Shown in pieces: positions 38,541-49,500 of a stretch of DNA of 64,000 nt. Below the pieces are notes generated by a model. That model was given only the letters and a program-made list of their open reading frames with translations. It was not told where the DNA came from and ran no database searches. The position numbers and the translations under genes are program-made. Location: assembly GCA_002269645.1 (NCBI GenBank), contig NIVC01000019.1:930001-994000 (forward strand), read 5' to 3'. The DNA is from Macrostomum lignano. Taxonomy: Eukaryota. The number at the start of each line of letters is the position of its first letter. Position 1 is the stretch's first letter.

Positions 38541-39094
38541 AAGACAGATGACCGCAGAAATGTTCTACGGGTGGCAAGTCATGCTTTGTAGTTAAACTCA
38601 TTTTGTAATGTTTTCGTTTGCAAAACAGAATTTGCTTCTTTCATAAGGTGTCACTTTTTGACTCAATCAGTTTTACATGTATTTCGCCATCCTAGCATTC
38701 TATCATCGTTTGAGTTTTCCCGCCTGATTGACCTTTTCCACCTGGTGTGCTTATCGATAATTAGTGCAATAATAATCTATACTAATCATCTTATACAGGT
38801 CGTGCACTATGCGCTAAAACCCACTAATAGCAATTTACTTTCAGGCCTTTTTTGCCTGCAGTGTTTCCAGTTTCATATCGTTTGTTTATATTTACAAGCT
38901 AATTTTGTCAATGCCGTGTGTTATTTTTACTAATGATTCCATTATTGATTTTTTTGCATAATATAAAAAAAATTCATCCAGATTGTGCTTCGGTTTGCTT
39001 TGTTGCGATTCTCAATGCAACCCATCTTTATTTCTCGTAGAGTTTTAGGGAATCAAGTCAATTAGTCAACAGGTTCAAAACTTGATAAGTAATT

Positions 39095-39395
39095 TCCCTT
39101 GAGCCCTAATCCGAGCCCTAATCCCCCTGAGCAATTCCCCTTGAGTCCTAATCCACCTGAGCAATTCCCCTTGAGCCTTAATCCACCTGAGCAATTCCCC
39201 TTGAGTCCTAATCCACCTGAGCAATTCCCCTTGAGCCTTAATCCACCTGAGCAATTCCCCTTGAGTCCTAATCCACCTGAGCAATTCCCCTTGAGTCGTA
39301 ATCCACCTTACCAATTCTCCTTGAGTCCTAATCCACCTGAGCAATTCTCCTTGAGTCCTAATCCATCTGAGCAATTCCTCTTGAGCCCTAATCCA
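39095..39395. repeat. 30-bp minisatellite, intergenic
   Basis: (CCCTTGAGTCCTAATCCACCTGAGCAATTC)n. Confidence 0.95.
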
Positions 39396-39414
39396 TCCGG
39401 GACACAAATTGTTC

Positions 39415-39480
39415 CGAGTGGGTCAAGAATCGAACCCTCGACCTTTCAATCGGGAGTCCGACGCTCTAACCAATAAGCCA
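39415..39480 (-). mobile_element. SINE family 1 head fragment
   Basis: Reverse complement ...TTAGAGCGTCGGACTCCCGATTGAAAGGTCGAGGGTTCGATTCTTGACCCACTCGG matches the same head. Confidence 0.7.
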
Positions 39481-39637
39481 AAAAAATCCTTTAGTTTTGC
39501 AGCCTGTAGATGTACTTAACACTGACCAGGATTCGAACCCCGCTCCCTAAAAATGCAAATTAGACGCTAAAAAGTCTATACGCACCTACTATTAGTAGCC
39601 TAAGATAAAATATCGTATTTTTTCATCATTCCAGCTA

Positions 39638-42600
39638 ATGTCGGCCATCAAGCGGCAGCAGCAATACAAGCAGCCAAGTCGCAAGCAAAAGCAGAAGTCC
39701 GGCTTCTCAGCCGATCTGCAATCTGCCGCCGCTAATTGGCTTCGCCGACTCTCAGCCGCTATCGCCGGCGGCGCCAGTCTCGGCGGCAGCGACGCCGCGC
39801 TGGCCGAAGCGGCTCGAATTCTCGGCTCCATCGCTACTAATTATTGTTGTTCTTCGCCTGGTGACACTGTTGCTATTGGCAACGCCGACGCCGCATCGTT
39901 GGCGTCAATTCAAATCCTACTGGAGCGACAGCTGGGACCGGGGGTGGCCAACAGCGTCCACTGGCGCTCCGTGCTCGACGGAGTGACTAAAGATGTAAAA
40001 ATACGGTTACTCACTTGTAGCTGTGCCGATATGTATCGATATTAAGTTTCCAGATTGAATAGGTTGTGGTTTATTTAGTTAGAGCCAGGGTGGGACTGTG
40101 TGCACACTGACGCATAATTTCATTAATTGCCGCCAACCGGCGAGAGGCATTGCTGCCCATTCCGCCGACTCTCCTGAGCAGGCATACAAGCGCGCGGATA
40201 CGTACGCAGGCACACATTCACACAGGAGTGCACAGCGGCTCCAACTTTATCATCGTTAGGCATGTACACTTCGCTGTGCCTTGGGGGGTTGGCCATCAAT
40301 GGCGTTAATTGCACGAGCCGAGCCAAGTCGAGATTCCGATTCAGCCCCAAATTAATGTGACTGCACTTGGAATCGAGCCTGGGCCGCTGGTGCATCAGAG
40401 CGTCGCGCTAGTTTCAAGGTTTACCTGGGACTGAGGCATTAGTTAAACGTACTAGCCGATATGTATCGTTTTATGAGTTTCCCACTGTGCACGGAATCAA
40501 CCCGGGGGTCTATTTTAGCGCCTTTGATTGAGATTGCTTGATCTTTTCTGACTTTTTGCTATTTATTCTACTATTAGTAATCGAATTAGAATGCAAGCAG
40601 TCCTGCTTCAATCTGCAGGAAAGCGGCACCGATATCGACACAGATGACGGCGGTTTCGGCTCGGCTGACTGTCAGCAGCAGCAGCAGCAGCTCACTCGAA
40701 TCCGACTGCTCATCCTGGCTGCCGCGTTTCGGCGTCCTCGACTGCGCCCGTTTGTGCTGGCGTCGGCGATCGCATCGACAACGACAACAGCGGCGATGTT
40801 GTCGGAGCCGCCGCGGTCGGAGCTGCGGCTTCTGGCTGCTGCGGCCCGTTGGCTGTTCCCGTCGACCTCGCTGGCGGCTAAGGAGGATGCCGAGTTCAAG
40901 GAGGTTGTCGAGAATTTCGATGCGGCTACTGCGCTCAACAGAGTGGCCGTCGATTGTCGCGAGCGTCAGGAGACCGACGATGACAGCGGCGCCGATATTG
41001 ACGACTCCTCGGACATTGCTGTCGACGACGGCGCCTCGGACGGCTGTCGAAGGTGCCGCGGCCTTGCGACCGAGGTGGCGGCGCTGCGCGCTGAAGCTCT
41101 GGAGCGGGAGCTCCGGTTTCATCGACGCTTTGAAGCGTTCGCCAACGAGTTGAGCGGCCTGGAGGCCGCGAATCGGCGACTGCTGGCCGATCCAGCGCTG
41201 CTGCTCCTGCCCGACTGCGGGCTGGCGCGCCTGCAGGACGAGATCAAGGTGAGGCTGAGAGGGACAGGTGAGGCTAGGAGTCACAGGTGAGGCTGGGAGG
41301 GACAGGTGAGGCTAGGAGTGACAGGTGAGGCTGGGAGTGACAGGTGAGGCTGAGAGTGACAGGTGAGGCTAGGAGGACAGGTGAGGCTGAGAGTGACAGG
41401 TGAGGCTAGGAGTGACAGGTGAGGCTGGGAGTGACAGTTGAGTCTGGGGAGTGACAGGTGAGGCTGAGAGTGACAGGTGAGGCTGGGGAGTGACAGGTGA
41501 GGCTGGAAGTGACAGGTGAGGCGGAGGGGTGACAGTTGAGGCTGAGAGTGACAGGTGAGGCTGGGGGAGTGACAGGTGAGGCTGAGAGTGACAGGTGAGG
41601 CTAGGAGTGACAGGTGAGGCTGGGGGAGTGACAGGTGAGGCTGGGAGTGACAGATGAGGCTGAGAGTGACAGGTGAGGCTGGGGGAGTGACAGGTGAGGC
41701 TGGGAGTGACAGGTGAGGCTGGGAGTGACAGGTGAGGCTGGGAGTGACAGGTGAGGCTGGGGGAGTGACAGGTGAGGCTGGGGGAGTGACAGGTGAGGCT
41801 GGGAGTGACAGTTGAGGCTGGGAATGACAGATAAGGCTGAGAGTGACAGGTGAGGCTGGGGGAGTGACAGGTGAGGCTGGGAGTGACAGGTGAGGCTGGG
41901 AGTGACAGGTGAGTCTGGGGAGTGACAGGTGAGGCTGGGAGTGACAGGTGAGGCTGGGAGTGACAAGTGAGGCTGGGGGAGTGACAGGTGAGGCTGGGAG
42001 TGACAGGTGAGGCTGGGATTGACAAGTGAGGCCGGGGGAGTGACAGGTGAGGCTGGGAGTGACAGGTGAGGCTGGGAGTGACAGGTGAGGCTGGGAGTGA
42101 CAGTTGAGGCTGGGAGTGACAGGTGAGTCTGGGAGTGACAGTTGAGGCTGGGAGTGACAGTTGAGGCTGGGAGTGACAGGTGAGGCTGGGAGTGACAGTT
42201 GAGGCTGGGAGTGACAGTTGAGGCTGGGAGTGACAGTTGAGGCTGGGGGAGTGACAGGTGAGGCTGGACAGTGGAGTGACAGGTGAGGCTGGGAGTGACA
42301 AGTGAGGCTGGGGGAGTGACAGGTGAGGCTGGACAGTGGAGTGACAGCAGATACTGGAGTAAACCCCCCCGCCCCACCCCGCCAGTCGCTCCGCCGCGGC
42401 GCCCGTTTCCAAGCCTCAGCCAGCGAGCGCGAGCGCCTCAGCCAGCTGCTGGCGGCAGCCGAGCGCCGCTCCGGCCAGCTGGTCAGCCAGCTGGAGTCGC
42501 TGACCCGCGCCCACGACAGCTGCCTGCGCCGACTGCGGCGGATGCGCGCCGACCGCGACCTGGCCGCTGTCAGGGCCGAGCGCCTGGCCGACCGCTGCCG

Positions 42601-42910
42601 CAGGCTGCTGCAGCACCGACAACTGCCGGTTTCTCACGCTGGTGTCCCCGGCTACGCCTGCTGCTGTCAGCGGCCGCTTCCGGTCTCGCTTCCGGTTCCG
42701 GTCCAGCTGCCACCGCCGCCGCCGCTTCCTCCCCATCATCAGCAGCAGCAGCAGCTGCTGCAACTGTCAGTATCTTCCGGTTCCTCATCTCTGCATGGCA
42801 TCGACGCTGTCCCGGTACGAGAGCGACGTATTTCCGGCGGCTGCAGCGGCTGGCAGCAGCACTTCCGGCATTTGCTGCCGGGCCGGCTGTCCGGCAAGAG
42901 GAAGTCTTGA
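39638..42910 (+). CDS. Uncharacterised coiled-coil / low-complexity protein, about 503 aa, 3 exons
   Basis: Exons 39638-39994 (weak donor GTAAAA), 40619-41248 and 42386-42910, all phase 0. GC-rich coding-like composition; heptad-like segments LATEVAALRAEALERE and LSQLLAAAERRSGQLVSQLESL. No family recognised. Confidence 0.65.
40140..40420 (-). mobile_element. Dispersed repeat family 2, probable tRNA-derived SINE (in intron 1 of the coiled-coil gene)
   Basis: Homologous to 1-190 (opposite strand) and 61060-61265. The minus strand has CCAGCGGCCCAGGCTCGATTCC (B-box-like). Confidence 0.7.
41249..42345. repeat. 19-21-bp minisatellite filling intron 2 of the coiled-coil gene
   Basis: (GTGAGGCTGGGAGTGACAG)n, starting exactly at the donor. 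Confidence 0.96.
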
Positions 42911-43419
42911 CTTTTAGCTTGCTGCAATCGATTTTATTTTTATTGTTTTATTCTACACTCTCTTTGTGCCGCCGAATTGGCGCTGTTTTTATTTCTCTAT
43001 TTTAAAAAAATACTGCTAATACGCGTTTGACTACTGCTACTAAAGTATTGAGTAGTGTAAATGGTATTTTATTGATATTTTTATTGAAAATGGTGAAAAA
43101 TCGACTTCGTGAGCCTCGTTCTATTTTATACATTTTTAATCCACTGTTCTGAGAAGTCTTTAATGATTTTTTTATTTGTTTGAATTGTTTGGACCTTCAG
43201 ACTCGTATTTATAAGCTTTGCTTGCTACACGGGAGGAAAATGTAATACTTTTAAATACTTCTCAAATTACTGCATTTTAATAACAAAATAAACAGCATTT
43301 TTACTCATTTTATCAAGTCAAGGCCCTGCCTGTGATTTGTTCAGGCTTGTCTTTTTAACAAAACCCCAACTCTCCTTGTGACTTTTGTTTTTTAATTATC
43401 CAGATGTCCTTGATTCTCA

Positions 43420-43660
43420 CATGAGATTGGCGTTTGAGTCTCACTATGAGATTGGCGTTTGAGTCTCACTATGAGATTGGCGCTTGAGTCTCACTATCAG
43501 ATTGGCGCTTGAGTCTCACTATGAGATTGGCGCTTGAGTCTCACTATGAGATTGACGCTTGAGTCTCACTATGAAAAAGATTGACGCTTGAGTCTCACTA
43601 TGAAAGAGATTGACGCTTGAGTCTCACTATGAGATTGACGCTTGAGTCTCACTATGAGAT
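43420..43660. repeat. 25-bp tandem repeat
   Basis: (GAGATTGGCGCTTGAGTCTCACTAT)n. Confidence 0.93.
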
Positions 43661-44099
43661 TGTCTAATTGACTAATTACTTCCAACATAGGCAATGACAG
43701 CTGGGGCTCATCATCAATCACAGGAGTTTGGAAATGGGATTTTTATTGAGCCGCCGCCCACCGCCTTCCTCTCCCCCAGTGCCACAGTTACGGCAATCGC
43801 AATGGCAATGAAGATTGCCAAATATGGGGTGGGGTATTTGTATTAGATTTTTTTGATAGCAAAGAGCAGTTTATATTACAAAAATGGGAGGTAATAAACA
43901 TAAATTTCCACTAAAATATTTTTTAAGTCAGCGGCGATTTCTCTAATTAAACACCACGGTTGCCGCTTTAGTTCTGCATCATCTGCTCCATTCTCCCCCA
44001 GCCTCCTCTGCCTCTCCGCCCTTGCGTGTTAGTAATCCCTTCTCATCTGTCTCAGCTTGTTTTCTCTATCTCTCTACCTCTTTACCTCCCTCTCTTTCA

Positions 44100-44695
44100 C
44101 GCCTCTCTACCCTCTCTACCTATCTCTCCTATCCCTCTCTCCTATCTCCCTCCTATCTCCCTCCTATCTCTCTACTATCTCTCTCTCCTATCCCTCTCCT
44201 GTCTCTCTCTCCTATCTCTCTCTCCTATCTCTCTCTCCTATCTCCCTCCTATCTCTCCCTCCTATCTCCCTCCTATCTCTCTCTCCTATCTCCCTCCTAT
44301 CTCTCTCCTATCTCCCTCCTATCTCTCTCCTATCTTATCTCTCTCCTATCTCCCTCCTATCTCTCTCCTATCTCTCTCCTATCTCCCTCCTATCTCTCTC
44401 TCCTATCTCTCTCTCCTATCTCTCTCTCCTATCTCCCTCCTATCTCTCCCTCCTATCTCCCTCCTATCTCTCTCTCCTATCTCCCTCCTATCTCTCTCCT
44501 ATCTCTCTCCTATCTCCCTCCTATCTGTCTCTCCTATCTCCCTCCTATCTCTCTCCTATCTCTCTCCTATCTCCCTTCTATCTGTCTCTCCTATCTCCCT
44601 CCTATCTCTCTCTCCTATCTCCCTCCTATCTCTCTCCTATCCCTCTCCCCCATCCCTCTCCTATCCCTCTCCCCTATCCCTCCCCCCCTATCTCT
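44100..44695. repeat. Pyrimidine-rich repeat (CTCTCCTAT-like)
   Basis: Direct reading. Confidence 0.93.
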
Positions 44696-45359
44696 CTATT
44701 GCTGTGTCCTAAAAATCATCTCATTTTTAAGTATCATCTTCTCATATTTTTAGCCAAGTTATTCGCCTATTTTCCTTTGAATTCTCCGCTTCTCCCCTTC
44801 TCTCATTTTCCCAATAGTTACTTAGCGCGCAAGCCTTACTGGGGCCGGTTTTCTATTTAGCCATTCTCAATCAGTTTATAACTAATCAGCTTCTGCAAAT
44901 AGCATTCGCTTACCTGCCCTAACTAGCTGGCAACTCGCCTCCCCAGTCTCCTCATTGGCTCCATTGGGCGCACCTGCAGAGGCCAAGCATGCTGTTGTGT
45001 TGTGAATTGTTGAGAGAGCCATTCTCCAGCATTAACTAACCCCAGCTCCGCTCTCATCTGGAAAGAAGCAGGATTGGGATGGAGCTAAAAAAGTGACTGC
45101 CCCAGCCAGCCTCCCTTCCTTCCCCATCGGGGAATTCTCTAAATATCTACAAATATCGATTCCTCATTCAACCCGGGGCCCGATGGTCTGCAACAAAAAA
45201 AAAACAACAAAATGCTGTGCGCGCAAGAACTCACACGTACAGCTCTGCTATTGGCCACAGTGCCTGCCAGCCCGGGGAGCTCTGTCTGTAGCATCTGGAC
45301 TGGTTGGGTGGCTAATCTGGTCAGGGTATCGCCCCTTCCATTCACACAGCCTGCTACAC

Positions 45360-46070
45360 TATTCACAAAGCACTATTTCCATTCACACAGTCCCGTACTT
45401 TCACACAGCCCCGTACATTCACACAGTCCCGTCCATTCACAATCCCGTATATTCACAAAGTCCCCCACATTCACAAAGCGTCCTTTCCAATCACACAGTG
45501 CCCTACATTCACACAGTCCCCTACATTCATACAGTCCCCTACATTCACACAGTCCCCTACATTCACACAGTCCCCTACATTCACGCAGTCCCGTATATTC
45601 ACAAAGTCCCCCCCCATTCACAAAGCGCCCTTTCCATTCACACAGTCCCCTACATTCACACAATCCCCTACATTCACACAGTCCCCTACATTGACACAGT
45701 CCCCTACATTCACACAGTCCCGTATATTCACAAAGTCCCCCACATTCACACAGTTCCCTACATTCACACAATCCCCTACATTCACACAGTCACCTACATT
45801 CACACAGTCCCGTATATTCACAAAGTCCCCCACATTCACAAAGCGCCCTTTCCATTCACACAGTCCCCTTCATTCACGCAGTCCCCTACATTCACACACA
45901 TTCACACAGCGCCATGCAGTTCCATTCAAATACTCCCCTACATTCACACACCGCTTCTTCCATTCACACCGTCTTCACACAGCACTTCTTACATTCACAC
46001 AGTTAGAGTCCCCTTACATTCAAACACCGCTTCTTCCATTCACACAGTTCCCTATATTCACACATCACTC
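45360..46070. repeat. 18-bp minisatellite upstream of the IR gene
   Basis: (ATTCACACAGTCCCCTAC)n. Confidence 0.92.
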
Positions 46071-46536
46071 CTTAACTTCAGACAGCGTGCCCCTCAAGTT
46101 TGATTTCTCCCTGTTTCACTCAAAATTAATACCAAGATTTAACAAGTATTTTGTCTAAGGTAAAGATTTCACGAGCTTATTATTCAAGTTTTGGAAAATA
46201 GACAATCGAATTAGAAAGAAATTAACAAACTAGTTTATTTCATCACGCAGTTGTTACACAATTGATGCATTGAACTACTTTAGTGCCAGATTATTATTAA
46301 TTGTTTTTAATGTCATAGGGCCTCTTTTCGTAAAAAAACTGCAGCTCTTAACAACCAGTTTCCAATCCATCGACGTCTAGTTCTAGAAGTCCATGCCAAG
46401 TAGCAGCCACCCCACCGCCAGGGAGTATGTATATTATCCAGGTGATGCAATTCAGCTCAGGAAACGCCCACAGCAACTCGGATTAGTTCTGATTCTCAAT
46501 CAATCGGTAAAGAGAGCGACTATCACCATTGACAAC

Positions 46537-49500
46537 ATGCGTCAGCTGTGGCCGCTGACTCTCACCGTCTGTCTGCTGGGCGGCGCCTTCGGGCCCAGCG
46601 GATGTGCGGCCGCCTCGACTGGCACCTACTATTTCCGTGAGCTGGCGGCGGGCTCTGGGCGTCTGGGGGATTGTGGAGGGGTATAGAGAGAGTGGAGAGG
46701 GGTCAGGGGGTTTTGAGAGGGGAACAGAGAGGGTGTCCGAGAGGGGAACAGAGAGGGTGTCCGAGAGGGGAACAGAGAGGGTGTCCGAGAGGGGAACAGA
46801 GAGGGTGTCCGAGAGGGGAACAGGGAGGGTGTCCGAGAGGGGAACAGAGAGGGTGTCCGAGAGGGGAACAGAGAGGGTGTCCGAGAGGGGTCAGGGGGTC
46901 TTGAGAGGGGAACAGCGAGGGTGAACAGGGAGGGTGTCCGAGAGGAGAACAGACAGGGTCTCCGAGAGGGGAACAGAGCGAGGGTCTCACAGCTGTCTGT
47001 TTGTCTCCCAATCCCCAGTCGGTGTGTACGAAGCGGCCACCCGAGATCTGATGGCGGCCGCTGAGAAGGCCATCAGCGACATCAACTCCGCCTCGCCCAG
47101 CATCCTGCCGGCTGGTAGCTTCATCAATCTGACACTGATGGAGATCGGACCGGAGTCGCTTTTTCAAAGTGGTGAGCAACTCCTCGAGTTCGAGTGGATT
47201 TTTTAAGTTTTGTACTCAAACAGAAACAGAGACACAAACAACGGATAGAGACACAAACAACGGATAGAGACACAAACAACGGATAGAGACACAAACAACG
47301 GATAGAGACACAAACAACGGATAGAGACACAAACAACGGATAGAGACACAAACAACGGATAGAGACACAAACAGCAGCTAGAGACACAAACAGCAGCTAG
47401 AGACACAAACAACGGATAGAGACACAAACAGCAGCTAGAGACACAAACAGCAGCTAGAGACACAAACAACGGATAGAGACACGAACAACGGATAGAGACA
47501 CAAACAACGGATAGAGACACAAACAGCAGCTAGAGACACAAACAGCAGCTAGAGACACAAACAGCAGATAGAGACACAAACAGCAGATAGAGACACAAAC
47601 AGCAGCTAGAGACACAAACAGCAGCCAGAGACACAAACAGTGTAAACCAGTCAGTCAGTCACACCTTCCCGCCTCCGCAGTCTGCACGCCGGCCAACGAG
47701 CACGTGCTTCAGGCTGACGCCATCCTGGACTTCACGCCCCGGCCATCTTGCGTTGAGGACCTCGCCCGCCACCTGGACGCCCCGGTGATGCGGGCGGCCA
47801 TGGAGCTGAGCACCGGCCGGCCAAACGTGCACCCGTCGCCAAGGAACTACATGCGAGCGGTGGCCTCGCTGCTGCTGAGAGACAACGCCACCAGGGATGG
47901 AGTCATGGTGCTGTACGATGACACCTTTGGTGAGCAAAACTGTAAAACTCTATCGATACCCCCTGTACGATAGTTTTGTAGTCATATCAAGCACTACCGT
48001 CATTGCTGTCGTACTGCAGTCATAGAGTTGCGTCATTTCCGTTGTCATACTGCCGTCATATTTTCATTAACAGGAAATTCCTTCATATTACCATCATAGT
48101 TCCGTCACATTACCGTCATATTTCCGTCATATTACCCTAATATTTCCGTCATATTACCGTCATAGCACCGTCAAATTATTGATGCGGTTCCATTGTACGC
48201 TCGTAATTCCGGTACACTAAGGTCACAGGATCCGTCATGCTGTCGACCTGAATTTCCGCCCACGCATCTGCCGCCCCCCCCAGCTGTGTCCTGCATCGAA
48301 AGCGGCGCACTTGATTAGAAGTTACAAAGCCAAATTAATTAGCACTCAATCGGTCTGTGTTGGTACAGCAATACAGACTGACAGTCACGCAATCGCATTC
48401 TGCTTCAGTGTCCTCATCAGATAAAGCAGCGACTAACAATAGACTGCAGATTTTGATGGCGAGCAAATCCAACTAAATAGGTCAATGATTCCTCGAAACA
48501 AGGACCAGACAATGGCTCCATCAATTAAATTAATAGTCCCGATTATTTTTTACTATTACAGTAAGCCGCATTCCTCTATCCTGAATTCGCCCATCCTGGA
48601 ATCGCCTATCCCGAACTCCCCTATTCCCCCATCCCGAATTCCCCTTATCCCGAATTCCCATTAGCCAATTCCTCTTATCCCGAATTCCCCTTATCCCGAA
48701 TTCCCCTTATCCCGAATTCCCATTAGCCAATTCCTCTTATCCCGAATTCCCCTTATCCCGAATTCCCCTTATCCCGAATTCCCCTTATCCCGAATTCCCC
48801 TTATCCCGAATTCCCCTTATCCCGAATTCCCCTTATCCCGAATTCCCCTTATCCCGAATTCCCCTTATCCCGAATTCCCCTTATCCCGAATTCCCCTTAT
48901 CCCGAATTCCCCTTATTCCGAATTCCCGATCCTGAATTCCTCCTATCCCGAATTCCCCTTATCCCGAATTCCCCTTATCCCGAATTCCCCTTATCCCGAA
49001 TTCCCCTTATCCCGAATTCCCCTTATCCCGAATTCCCCTTATCCCGAATTCCCCTTATCCCGAATTCCCCTTATCCCGAATTCCCCTTATCCCGAATTCC
49101 CCTTATCCCGAATTCCCCTTATCCCGAATTCCCCTTATCCCGAATTCCCCTTATCCCGAATTCCCCTTATCCCGAATTCCCCTTATCCCGAATTCCCCTT
49201 ATCCCGAATTCCCCTTATCCCGAATTCCCCTTATCCCGAATTCCCCTTATCCCGAATTCCCCTTATCCCGAATTCCCCTTATCCCGAATTCCCCTTATTC
49301 CGAATTCCCGATCCTGAATTCCTCCTATCCCGAATTCCCCATCCCGAATTTCCCCATCCCGAATTTCCCCAAGCCGAAATTCCCAATCCCGAATTCCCCA
49401 TCCCGAAGAGCATGTCCTACATTCCTATGGCCCAGCCTTCAAGGAACAGAGGATGTACATGCTTGATGATTAAAAATTCAAGGGTCGCTGTACACCCTGA

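Noticed and set aside
41369-42412. 347-aa and 258-aa minus-strand ORFs
   Set aside because: Antisense reading of the intronic 19-21-bp array.
44022-46158. Long S/L/P/Y-rich and H/T/V/P-rich ORFs
   Set aside because: Simple-repeat translations.
48405-48425. CTGATGAG on the minus strand as a hammerhead ribozyme core
   Set aside because: No stem II or GAAA follows; the 53394 instance lies within a minisatellite.
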